NCBI GenBank assembly: GCA_007375735.1
Contig: VMEW01000009.1
Coordinates: 48,569 to 112,568, forward strand
Direction of reading: 5' to 3'
Origin: Candidatus Peregrinibacteria bacterium Greene0416_19
Lineage (GTDB): Bacteria; Patescibacteriota; Gracilibacteria; Peribacterales; Peribacteraceae
Length of the DNA stretch: 64,000 nt
Below are positions 39,776 to 48,919 of this stretch, one piece after another (within the stretch, counting starts at the first letter, position 1; every line of letters begins with the position of its first letter). The notes below the pieces were generated by a model. It had not been told where the DNA came from. It saw only the letters and a list, made by a program, of their open reading frames with translations, and searched no databases. The position numbers and the translations under genes are program-made.

Positions 39776-40132
39776 ATGCGTGAACGCCCTTATCAAAAAC
39801 TTGTCGTTTGGAAAGAAGCGCACGTCCTTTGTAGAGAAACGTACCGCTTAACAGCAACGTTCCCACCAACCGAAAAATTCGGCTTGGTGAGTCAAATGCG
39901 GCGTTCCAGTTACAGTGTTCCAACCAATCTCGCCGAGGGAAATGTAAAATATTCATCCAAAGATCAGATCCGCTTCATAGACATAGCAGCGGGGTCGCTC
40001 GAGGAATTGCATTACCAATACCTTCTTTCGATGGAGCTTGGATTTCTGTCTCAGGAAGAACAGGAGAAATTGGACAGTAAAATCCAGAGAGTGGGCTTTC
40101 TCCTTGCACGACTCCGTGCTTCTTTACGCTAA
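39776..40132 (+). CDS. four helix bundle protein (TIGR02436 / 23S IVP-like)
   Basis: YQKLVVWKEA...FPPTEKFGLVSQMRRSSYSVPTNLAEG...IAAGSLEEL. Confidence 0.93.
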   Translation: MRERPYQKLVVWKEAHVLCRETYRLTATFPPTEKFGLVSQMRRSSYSVPTNLAEGNVKYSSKDQIRFIDIAAGSLEELHYQYLLSMELGFLSQEEQEKLDSKIQRVGFLLARLRASLR

Positions 40133-40194
40133 AATACCGCCATCGCTTGGGTCTTTTGAGTCCCTTGGGTCCTCTGGATCCTTTTCGTCCACAC

Positions 40195-41001
40195 ATGCCT
40201 CTCGTCTCCGCCATCATCCTCAACTACCGCACCGGTCGGCTGGCGGTGCGCTGCGCGGAGGCGCTGCTCAGGCAGACGATCGGCGGGCAGCTTGAGGTGA
40301 TCATCATCGACAACCACTCCGACGACGATTCGATCGGCTTCATCCGCAATCGCTTCCGTGGAAATCCTTCTGTGCGCATCGTGGAGACGCGCCGGAATAT
40401 CGGCTACGGCAGGGGCAATGCCGAGGGCATTCGGTTCGCGAGCGGGACGTACCTCCTCATCATCAACCCCGACAATGAGTTGGAGCCGGATGGACTGGAA
40501 CGTATGGTCGCCGCGATGGAGGCGGATCCGGAGATCGGGATCCTGGGTCCGCAGCTCCGGCACCAGGACGGCAGCATCCGCGACTCCACCCGCGCGTTCC
40601 CGACGATGACGGACATTTTCCTCAAGCGGACATTTCTCCGGCACCTCTTCCCCCACCGTGTGCACCAGTACCTCCACCATCTGGAGGATCCGAGGAAGGT
40701 GCGCGGAGTGGACTGGGTGGCGGGCGCGTGCCTGCTCATCCGACGGGACTTCTTCGGGGAACTCGGCGGATTCGACCCCCGATTCTTCCTGTTCTTCGAG
40801 GATACCGACCTCTGCCGCCGGTGCTGGCGGGCCGGCCGCAGGGTCGTCTACTTCCCACTTGCCAAAGCGACGGATCGTAAGCATCGGCTGAGCGAGGGGG
40901 GGCTGCTGACCTTCTTCACCAAAAAAACGGTCCGTATCCACCTCGTGAGCGCCCTCAAGTACTTCTGGAAATGGAAGCATGCGCCCCTGACACCGCATTG
41001 A
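40195..41001 (+). CDS. family 2 glycosyltransferase
   Basis: SAIILNY, IDNHSDD, NIGYGRGN, INPD, WVAGACLLIR, FFLFFEDTDLC. Confidence 0.92.
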   Translation: MPLVSAIILNYRTGRLAVRCAEALLRQTIGGQLEVIIIDNHSDDDSIGFIRNRFRGNPSVRIVETRRNIGYGRGNAEGIRFASGTYLLIINPDNELEPDGLERMVAAMEADPEIGILGPQLRHQDGSIRDSTRAFPTMTDIFLKRTFLRHLFPHRVHQYLHHLEDPRKVRGVDWVAGACLLIRRDFFGELGGFDPRFFLFFEDTDLCRRCWRAGRRVVYFPLAKATDRKHRLSEGGLLTFFTKKTVRIHLVSALKYFWKWKHAPLTPH

Positions 41002-41046
41002 CGCCGCAAACGGCATCCATTAGCCTAGTCCGGCCTTCCACTGCCC

Positions 41047-41775
41047 ATGGACATGCTTCCCCTCACCGTCACGACCCGCGACCCCAAGGCGAAGGGCAAC
41101 CAGCTCCGCAGCAGGGGACAGGTGCCGGCGGTGGTGTACGGATCGGACGTGAAGGATTTGCTGATCCAGTGTGACGAAAAGGAGCTCCATAAGACCTTCG
41201 TGAAGGCCGGGGAATCGACGCTGGTGGAGCTGGAAATGGCAGGGAAGAAAATCCCCGTCCTGTTCAAGCAGATCCAGTTCGACCCCATCTCCGATCGCGA
41301 GATTCATGCCGACTTCTACGCGGTGGACATGAAAAAAGAAATCGAGACAACGGTCCCCGTTCACTTGGATGGTGAATCACCCGCCGTGAAAGAGCAGGCC
41401 GGCATTCTCGTCATCGCACACGAAACGGTGACGGTGCGCTGTCTGCCCAAGGACCTGCCGCACAGCCTGACGGTCTCCATCGTGGGGCTCGCCAACTTCC
41501 ATGACGTGGTGACGGTGAAGGATCTGCAGGTGCCCAGGGGGGTCAAAGTGATGGATGCCGCAACAACGGTCATCGCCACGGTGCAGGAACCGCGCGCTGA
41601 GGAGGAGATCGCCCCGCCGCCGGCAGCGACCGTGGAAGGGGCCGTCCCGGCCGAAGGAGCCGTGCCGGCCGAAGGCGCCCCGGCAGTGGAGGGAGCGGCG
41701 ACCACAGCAAGCCCCGGAGCGGCGCCGGCCAAGGCGGAAGAGAAGGGAGGGAAAGGGAAGAAGGAGAAGAAATAG
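41047..41775 (+). CDS. rplY: 50S ribosomal protein L25/CTC
   Basis: LRSRGQVPAVVYG, QFDPI...HADFY, VRCLPKDLP. Confidence 0.93.
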   Translation: MDMLPLTVTTRDPKAKGNQLRSRGQVPAVVYGSDVKDLLIQCDEKELHKTFVKAGESTLVELEMAGKKIPVLFKQIQFDPISDREIHADFYAVDMKKEIETTVPVHLDGESPAVKEQAGILVIAHETVTVRCLPKDLPHSLTVSIVGLANFHDVVTVKDLQVPRGVKVMDAATTVIATVQEPRAEEEIAPPPAATVEGAVPAEGAVPAEGAPAVEGAATTASPGAAPAKAEEKGGKGKKEKK

Positions 41776-41889
41776 CATCACCATTTCCAGCAGCACCCAT
41801 CCTTGGGTGCGGTCCCAGAGCCATTGATGGCCAACCGCGGGCAGGCCTGCCTGCCGGTAGGCAGGGATGCCCGCTCCCGTGGGTGAGAT

Positions 41890-44271
41890 TTATTGCTTTT
41901 CCCGCAACCACTCCGGCAGCAGCAACGCCGGCTGCACCCCTGGCACCTGCTCCGCAAGATCCAGATCATCGATCGCGACTTTGCCGACGTAGAGCCGGCG
42001 CAGATCTCCGCCCTCCGACACGAATCGCTCGATCCGACGCTGCCCGCGAAAGTAGACGATGCCTTTGGTGAAACAGCCCGGTTCCGAGGGATCGTGCAGA
42101 CCGCGCTTGAGCTCAATGGCCTTCGTGAGAGCTTTGGGCGCGGCGTACCCCAGCTGCTCTTCCAGGTGACGACGGGTATCGACGAAGGAGTGCGTGAGGG
42201 CGTAGGCAACCGCCAGAAAGCTGCGGGCCGGGCCGTAGCGCTTCTCGTGAAACGGCGACAGCACGCGGTTCTGATGGAAGACGGCCAGACCCTCCTGGGT
42301 GTCCAAGTAATCAGCGAATCCCCGCCGGAAGATTTCGAACGGCTGATGATCGCCGTTCACCACGGTCAGAATGTGCGTCTCGACCTCGTGCACGATCAGC
42401 GATGCGATGTGCTCCCGTGAGAACAGTGCCCCTTCCCGCAGATAGAGCTCCTTCCAGCCGACGCTGCAGTCGGCCACCACACTCCCCCGGACCAGCACCT
42501 GCCAGTCATGGAGACCGTAGCGCAGGAACGCTTCCTCGAAGAGTGGTGCCGCCTCCTGGGCGTTCAGGAGGTCTGTCGCGGGCGGCAGCAGGTCGCATGC
42601 CGCGCGCGCGGACAGGAAAGCCCTGGCTTCCGAGAGCAGCGGCTCCTGGGGGAGGCCGAAGAGCTGGGCCGAGGAACGCGTGACCGCCTCCGCGTTGCCG
42701 CGACTCTGTAGCACCGCCATCCGTTCCAGGAGTTCCCGGCGCTTCTTGGCCAGAATGATGCCGAGCGGCGAGTCGTCGGTATCAACACTGATCATGCGTT
42801 GCGTCATATCGTCCAAATCGAGCGCCACATCGGGATACGAGAAGAGCGGGCTGTACGAGCGGTCGGTTTCCAGGCGCGCGCGCTCCTCGGCGAGGTTCAT
42901 GGGCTTGAGGTACTTGAGGAGCAACAGATCCTGGTCCATATCCGCCAGAATCCGGTCGAACGCCCGCAGATCCGTGCGCATCTTCTGACGAATGGGGGCG
43001 CCCGATGCCTCCTTGGCTGGGTCGATGAGAAAGCCCTGCAAATCCCGCCGACCGATGACCGCCCGCACGGACATCAAGGGGACGGTCCCCGGTTGCACCA
43101 GCGTCTGGAGCCGGCGACCCCCCAGTGTGAACTTCACATGGAAGAGTCCCTCGTCCTGACGCTCCGCCCCGCCGGCCCGCTCCAGTTCCCGCAGCAGATC
43201 CGGCGTGAAGATGCTGCGGTCGGTGAGCATCGGTGACACGAGCGCCGACACCTCCATGGAAGCCCCCTCCGCGCTCACCGTGATCGTTTCGCGCAGGCCG
43301 AGAATCGGACGGTCCACGGTCTCGCGACGCTCCGGGCGTTCCGGCCGGTGACCGAAGAGATCACGCGCCAAGCGCACGCCCTTCTCCGGGGTCGTGACCT
43401 TCACCCCTTCCACCCGTTCCAGACGGGTACGCAGCCCCGCGAGATTCGCCACCTGCACCATCAGCCCTGCCCGGGCATTCACCTCCAGCAAGACCGGCCC
43501 CTGATCGCGGTCGAGCGTGAGGTCGACGGCCAGGTACCCGATGTTCGTGATGTACTGGATACGGGCTGCGTGCAGCAGCAACTCGTCCCAGTAGGGAATC
43601 TGGATGCCGGACGGGGACACGCCGTGCGGGAGGATGCGGATGAGGTGGTGGTATTGCGTGGCGTACGTCGTGACGCCTTTGGTGATATCGATGCCGATGC
43701 CGATGCCCCCCAGGTGCACGTTCGCCTTGCCGCCGCTCTCGGCGGTCGGCACCCGCAGCATCGCCATCACCGGCACCAGATTGAAGACGACAATCCTCAC
43801 GTCGGGCAGCCCCGCCGGTCTGAACGGCGCGAACGCGGGGTGAGGAGTGAGGATCTTCTCGAAGAATGCCGTGTCATTTTTGCCGTTGATGGAGAACCGC
43901 CCGTCCAAGATGTCCTCGATATGTTCACGCAGGCGTCTCTCGGTGATCGGCCTCTTCCCCTCCTCCAGGAACTCCCCTTTCCGCCGACCCTTGAGGATGA
44001 GGATGCCCTCGCCGCCATAGCCGTAGTTGGGCTTGAGGACGCACTCGTCGGGCAGCGTGGAGAAGTCGAACTCCCGCAGTTGACGCCGATCCTCGATGCG
44101 CGCGTAGATCTTGGCGACGGGGATGCGTCGCGCCGACAGGAAGGCCTTCGTCTTCAGTTTGTCATCGGCGAACGCCACCGCCTTCTTGGGATTGTAGGGC
44201 CGCATGTAGAGGAGATTCCGGGCGTTGAGGCCCAGGACGCCGTGCCGGCGGGTGAGGAATGGGAAGATCAT
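41890..44271 (-). CDS. ATP-grasp amino-acid ligase fused to DUF1704/MATCAP-like metallopeptidase
   Basis: LGLNARN...ADDKLKTK, KPNYGYGGEG, AMLRVPT..SGGKANVHLGG, LEVNARAGL; C-terminal HEVETH, TQEGLAV, KRGL.D...FTK.IVYFRG, LYVGKV. Confidence 0.88.
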   Translation of the reverse strand: MIFPFLTRRHGVLGLNARNLLYMRPYNPKKAVAFADDKLKTKAFLSARRIPVAKIYARIEDRRQLREFDFSTLPDECVLKPNYGYGGEGILILKGRRKGEFLEEGKRPITERRLREHIEDILDGRFSINGKNDTAFFEKILTPHPAFAPFRPAGLPDVRIVVFNLVPVMAMLRVPTAESGGKANVHLGGIGIGIDITKGVTTYATQYHHLIRILPHGVSPSGIQIPYWDELLLHAARIQYITNIGYLAVDLTLDRDQGPVLLEVNARAGLMVQVANLAGLRTRLERVEGVKVTTPEKGVRLARDLFGHRPERPERRETVDRPILGLRETITVSAEGASMEVSALVSPMLTDRSIFTPDLLRELERAGGAERQDEGLFHVKFTLGGRRLQTLVQPGTVPLMSVRAVIGRRDLQGFLIDPAKEASGAPIRQKMRTDLRAFDRILADMDQDLLLLKYLKPMNLAEERARLETDRSYSPLFSYPDVALDLDDMTQRMISVDTDDSPLGIILAKKRRELLERMAVLQSRGNAEAVTRSSAQLFGLPQEPLLSEARAFLSARAACDLLPPATDLLNAQEAAPLFEEAFLRYGLHDWQVLVRGSVVADCSVGWKELYLREGALFSREHIASLIVHEVETHILTVVNGDHQPFEIFRRGFADYLDTQEGLAVFHQNRVLSPFHEKRYGPARSFLAVAYALTHSFVDTRRHLEEQLGYAAPKALTKAIELKRGLHDPSEPGCFTKGIVYFRGQRRIERFVSEGGDLRRLYVGKVAIDDLDLAEQVPGVQPALLLPEWLREKQ

Positions 44272-44323
44272 GAGAAGGGCAAGTGTCAGGGCATGGGGCA
44301 AGGCAATTATCCTTGCCCTAGCC

Positions 44324-45859
44324 CTACTCCTCGGAACCAAGATGCCGGAACACCTCACGAAAACGGAAATATTCCACCAGGCGCAACCCCGTGAATCTCC
44401 CCAGGATGATGTTGATGACGATGGTGATGAGGATCAGTTCCGGGTAGGCGAGGAGCATCGACTGGAAGGACGGCCACTGGACGACGAAGACGCACAGAAG
44501 CGCCGCACCAACGGTCTGGGCGATTCCCAGCACCGCCGAGAGCCACCCCTGCTCCGTCTTCGCCGTCAGGAAGCTCTCCGAGAGCGTGGACATGATGAGC
44601 AGGATGAACACGGTATCGCGCGCCAAGAGGAGGCCCAAGGATGATCCGAGCGCCAGGAGGATGAGGAGGATGATACTGCTCACGATCAGGATGATCGCCA
44701 CCTTGGGCACGTAGAGCAGGTGCCACCTCCGCATGGCCGCGCGGGTGGCGTAGCCGGTGCTGACGATGAGGATGAGGAAGATGAGGCCCACCCACCAGCC
44801 GAGCGCCAGGAAACTCAGCGCGACGATGGACGGGGCAAAGAGGCCGAACGTGGTGATGCCGATCACCTGCTTGAGGAACGAGAGAATAGTGGCGATGACA
44901 GGCAGCATGAGGAGGAGGATGACCGTCTGGCTGGAGACACCGTGGGTCAGCATGTACGTGACGAGCGCAGACAGGACGTTCCACGGGCGGACGCGCACGC
45001 GGGCATCCGTGAGCACCGCCACCTCCAGATTCTGCTGCGCCGCCTTTCCCAGGAATGCATCGATCGTCGGTGTCGTGAGGAGCGGCGTCATGGCCGCCGG
45101 ATGGGCCAGGAGTATCTGACGCGGGCGGAGCACCGCTTTCATACCGGCGGCAGTGCGCGCCAGGGTGGAGATGCCGCCGTCCGTCACCACCATCACGGTG
45201 CGACTGTTCAGGTTGAGGAGGGAGCGCGCAGGCCCCTGCGCTGCCTCCAGAAGACTCTGGAGTGCCAGGACACCGTCCGTCCACAGCACGATCGCGTCGG
45301 CGCCCAGGAACGCGGCTGCATGTTCGGCGAAGACGGCGGCGAGCGCTTCCTCTCCGCCCCGCACGGCGACTGCAACGCGGGGCCGCAGCACGCGGAGGTA
45401 CACCCCCGCCCCGCTCGCGGTACGCTCATGGAGAGCGATCTTCTCCCCCGGCACGCCCGGATCGGCCACGAGAACGACCTTGCGGCGGTACACGATCACC
45501 GTGTGGACGGCCTCCGAATGCAGAAGCTTGCGATTCTGCATGACACGCACGACCAGCCGGAACGTCAGCGTTCCATCCCGCTCGGGCGTGTAGATGGCAT
45601 CCACCGATCGGCTGAACGGCTCGGCCTGCTTGTCCAGGTACCACTCGTACCGTACGTCTCCGGCCCCGACGCGGCTGGCGGACGCATCCAGAATAATGGT
45701 CCGTCCGGCCATGGTGTCCTCCGGCCCCTGGATGAGCGCGAGCGGCTGCGCGCCGGCATCCTCGACCGGCGGGTCGAGGATGGGATCCTGCGCCAGGACA
45801 GGGACTGCCGCGCATACAAGAAGCGCGCTTGCGACTGCCCGGAGGAGAGTGATTCGCAT
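44324..45859 (-). CDS. PKD-like ectodomain + 7TM domain protein (7TM of the inactive-transglutaminase-fused family)
   Basis: Signal peptide, ILDASAS...YEWY; C-terminal LPVIAT...KQVIGITTFGLFAP, LLYVPK, LGRFTGLRLVEYFRF. Confidence 0.85.
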   Translation of the reverse strand: MRITLLRAVASALLVCAAVPVLAQDPILDPPVEDAGAQPLALIQGPEDTMAGRTIILDASASRVGAGDVRYEWYLDKQAEPFSRSVDAIYTPERDGTLTFRLVVRVMQNRKLLHSEAVHTVIVYRRKVVLVADPGVPGEKIALHERTASGAGVYLRVLRPRVAVAVRGGEEALAAVFAEHAAAFLGADAIVLWTDGVLALQSLLEAAQGPARSLLNLNSRTVMVVTDGGISTLARTAAGMKAVLRPRQILLAHPAAMTPLLTTPTIDAFLGKAAQQNLEVAVLTDARVRVRPWNVLSALVTYMLTHGVSSQTVILLLMLPVIATILSFLKQVIGITTFGLFAPSIVALSFLALGWWVGLIFLILIVSTGYATRAAMRRWHLLYVPKVAIILIVSSIILLILLALGSSLGLLLARDTVFILLIMSTLSESFLTAKTEQGWLSAVLGIAQTVGAALLCVFVVQWPSFQSMLLAYPELILITIVINIILGRFTGLRLVEYFRFREVFRHLGSEE

Positions 45860-45928
45860 GGTGGGTAGTATAGAGGACGGTAGACGCAAAAGGATCCTTC
45901 GGGTGGTTCTATCCGTCCTCGTTCCATG

Positions 45929-46098
45929 CCCCCTCCCCCGACCCCTCCCCCTCGCTGCGCTCGGGAGAGGGGAGAGCCATGCAGTGCACGGTAGTGTCAT
46001 GCTTTCATCGTGAGAGATCTGGAGAGGTAAGATGACTTCTCCCTGAATGGAGCTCCCCTCCCCGACGATAGGAGGGGGAGGGGTCGGGGGTGGGGGCA
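45929..46098. repeat. REP-like CCCTC(T/C)CCC...GGGAGAGGG elements
   Basis: Two G/C-rich palindromes of the same family as 29230-29346. Confidence 0.7.
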
Positions 46099-46109
46099 CA
46101 TTCACCCAT

Positions 46110-46460
46110 TCACCTCCCCACCCTTCTCCTCTTCCTATGCGCCCGGTCCCTCCCCGTGTGCATCTCCTTGTAACGCTTCAGCTGCGGTTCCAGCTTCTCG
46201 ATGCAACGGTCGACGCCGTCGATGGCACTCATGCGGCGGGACTCGGCCCGCAACTGACGGCGCGGCAGGATGACAGTGATCATCACCTTCACCATGTCAC
46301 GCTGCTTCTTGGTGGCCCGTCGCTCGGCCTCGATGCGGATGGCGGAATCCTCGTTCTGCAAGCGGTTGCAGTACGTGGCCAATTTCCCCAGTTTGCGGGC
46401 TACGATGATGAGTTCCTCGGCGGTGTAGGACAGTCCTTTTTCGAAGTGCTGGATGTTCAT
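46110..46460 (-). CDS. hpf: ribosome hibernation factor (HPF/RaiA family)
   Basis: KLGKL...LRAES...AIDGVDRCIEKLEPQLKRYKE. Confidence 0.78.
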   Translation of the reverse strand: MNIQHFEKGLSYTAEELIIVARKLGKLATYCNRLQNEDSAIRIEAERRATKKQRDMVKVMITVILPRRQLRAESRRMSAIDGVDRCIEKLEPQLKRYKEMHTGRDRAHRKRRRVGR

Positions 46461-46551
46461 AAACGCAGGATAGAGCAGGTTCCGCGGGGAGCGGAAGAGA
46501 TTGTGAGAAATGGCAAAAAGTGCTATAATTTTAGGATTTACTGCCAATTCA

Positions 46552-46809
46552 ATGAACCAAAGCGAACTCCGTTCCCTGATGGACATGATCCGGCTCTCCA
46601 CGCTGCTGAACGACGCGGAGCGGCGCGAATGGCTGCAGACCCTGGAGTTGTATTCTGATGCCGAATTGGATCAGTTGTATCAGATTTTTGCCGACTCCCA
46701 GGCGGTGGAACCGGCCAGCGAACTGGGGCACTGGCGGCAGGCGCTCCGCGAAACGGAAAGCATCGCGCGTGAATTCACTGCCCCTCTCTCCGCAATCACC
46801 CATGTCTGA
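46552..46809 (+). CDS. small hypothetical protein
   Basis: TG-C-TATAAT upstream; 8-nt overlap with the next gene. Confidence 0.65.
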   Translation: MNQSELRSLMDMIRLSTLLNDAERREWLQTLELYSDAELDQLYQIFADSQAVEPASELGHWRQALRETESIAREFTAPLSAITHV

Positions 46810-47806
46810 ACCAGAGAAACCACAGGCAGCACCGGCGGAGGATCCTCAGCTGGTCGAGGCGAAGAAGCAGCTCCAGAGCACGATTGACACGAACCACGGT
46901 GATGTTGAGAAGGTAGCGCAGGATATCGACACCAGGCTGGGCGGTCTTGAAACGAAGGTGAAGAACATCAAAGCCAACCTTCCGGCCCAGATCGAGACGG
47001 CGAAGAAAGAGGTGCTCGCGCACGCCGAGGCACTCCGGCAGTTATCCGCACAGGCGCAGGGACCCCTGAAGCAGAAACTGGATCTCGCTATCGACAGAAT
47101 CAGCCGCATCTATGCGGACACTGCAAATGAAGTGACGGACGGCAAGGCCGAATTCTACCGTCGTCTGGCCGAATTCAAAGCCAGGAATGCACCACCGGCC
47201 GCTCCCGGCGCACAGGGCCAGACCCCGGCTGCACAGCAGATGGAGAGCGGCGAGTACGCGCCCGGCACCGATCACCTGACTGAGCAGCAGGCCAAGGAGT
47301 CGCTAGATAATCGCGACTTCCTGACCAAGACGGCCGACTTTCTGAAGATGCCGCTGCTGGCCCAGTTTGCGGGACAGATCTCCTCCTTCTTCCAGGCCCA
47401 TCCCACGCTCGACAAGGCCAAGTCCTGGCTGATGAGCTTCCTCCCGATCCCCAACCTACAGCAGACAGGCGAGGGCATCAACAGCGTCTACCAAGCGATG
47501 TTCTTCGAGACCGACGTGCAGGCGCAGCTGTCCGCGCTCTCGCCGGCGAGCATGAAGTTCCTGGAGCCGCAGCTCTGGAAGAGGAACGGCACCGGTGGCA
47601 ACCCCACTGACCGCTTCCTGCGCGAATGGCAGGAAGTGGCCAAGACCCGCGCCATCACGCCGGTGAAGTACGCTGCGGAGAAGCTGAAACAGGCCCAGAC
47701 ACAGAACGCGGATGCGCTGGCCACCTACGACGTCAAGAATCCCCTCCCCTACACCATCGAGCTCCTCATAGGCCAAAAGACCATTCCAAAGCGGGCGGCC
47801 CCGTAA
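46802..47806 (+). CDS. coiled-coil hypothetical protein
   Basis: 334-aa ORF in operon. Confidence 0.7.
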   Translation: MSEPEKPQAAPAEDPQLVEAKKQLQSTIDTNHGDVEKVAQDIDTRLGGLETKVKNIKANLPAQIETAKKEVLAHAEALRQLSAQAQGPLKQKLDLAIDRISRIYADTANEVTDGKAEFYRRLAEFKARNAPPAAPGAQGQTPAAQQMESGEYAPGTDHLTEQQAKESLDNRDFLTKTADFLKMPLLAQFAGQISSFFQAHPTLDKAKSWLMSFLPIPNLQQTGEGINSVYQAMFFETDVQAQLSALSPASMKFLEPQLWKRNGTGGNPTDRFLREWQEVAKTRAITPVKYAAEKLKQAQTQNADALATYDVKNPLPYTIELLIGQKTIPKRAAP

Positions 47807-47834
47807 TTCGCAATTCTTCATTCTCAATTCCATT

Positions 47835-48893
47835 ATGGACCCCTTCGACCTCCTCCTCCAGAGCTCCAATCAACCGGTGCTGGACCAGCCACGCATCAAG
47901 GACGCAGCCGGCGAATTGACGCGCGGCTTCGACCAGGCGGGCAAGTCCCGCCAGCAGTGGCGGGAGCTGCGCGCGAGCGTGGAGAAGCTCCGGCAGCGCA
48001 ACGATCTTGCAGCTGACACACGGACGGCGATCGACGAATTGCAGAAGGAACTGGAGGGGCGTCACATTCTGCCGCCGCTGTTCACGGGCGGCATGCTGCA
48101 GGATGCGGCGGACAAGGCTCCCGAGCAGCTGAAGAACGCCGCCAAGGGCGCGGCAGATCTTGTGGAGCAAGGCGCCCAGGGCGCGGTGGAGGGCATGAAC
48201 TTCCTGGGCGTGGAAGGCGCAAAGAAGCTGGAGACGATCGCACCGCAGGCGAAAGACGCGGTGAAGCAGTGGCGGGAGTTCACGGAGAAGAACCCGAAGA
48301 CGGGGTTACTCATCGGCGGTGGCGTACTCGCTGCCGCGGCGGCCGGCGTCTACCTGGCTGTGAAAACCGTTTTCAAGGCGGTGAAATGGGTGGGCCGGAC
48401 AATAGGACAAGGTTTGTCCTGGCTGTGGAACAACAAGTGGAAAGTACTCACGCTCGGGGGAATCGGGTACGGCATGTACCGGCTGAGTCAGAACCGATCG
48501 AAAGCACCAGCGGGCGCGCCCGCGACACCTTCGCATGCGCCTGGCGAAAATCTGGTCGGGAAGACCCAGCAGATCGAGATCGCAGGCAGGAAGCACACGG
48601 TCAGCATCGCACCCGACGCGACGGTGACGGTCGACGGACGGCATTGGAAGCTGCAGGGCCGCGGCGCCGCCAGCCTCGCGACGTTCTCGGTCCGAACAGT
48701 GGAGCGCGACGCGCACGACAATGCGGTGCTGGAAGTGACCGGCAAGCTGCTGCTGTTCCAGAAGACCGCCCGCCACCGGATCCCCGCCGCCGAGCTCCGC
48801 TCGCTCATCGCCGGCCTCGCCGCTGGCACCCCGCCCCCGCCGCTGAAGGTGGAGAACGGGAGGTACGAGATTGAGCTGGTGCGGAAGACGTAA
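47835..48893 (+). CDS. hypothetical protein with central hydrophobic hairpin
   Basis: Helical N-terminus, GLLIGGGVLAAAAAGVYLAV and KVLTLGGIGYGMY segments, beta-rich C-terminus. Confidence 0.7.
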   Translation: MDPFDLLLQSSNQPVLDQPRIKDAAGELTRGFDQAGKSRQQWRELRASVEKLRQRNDLAADTRTAIDELQKELEGRHILPPLFTGGMLQDAADKAPEQLKNAAKGAADLVEQGAQGAVEGMNFLGVEGAKKLETIAPQAKDAVKQWREFTEKNPKTGLLIGGGVLAAAAAGVYLAVKTVFKAVKWVGRTIGQGLSWLWNNKWKVLTLGGIGYGMYRLSQNRSKAPAGAPATPSHAPGENLVGKTQQIEIAGRKHTVSIAPDATVTVDGRHWKLQGRGAASLATFSVRTVERDAHDNAVLEVTGKLLLFQKTARHRIPAAELRSLIAGLAAGTPPPPLKVENGRYEIELVRKT

Positions 48894-48919
48894 TCATCAC
48901 AACAAACACAAACTCCCAC

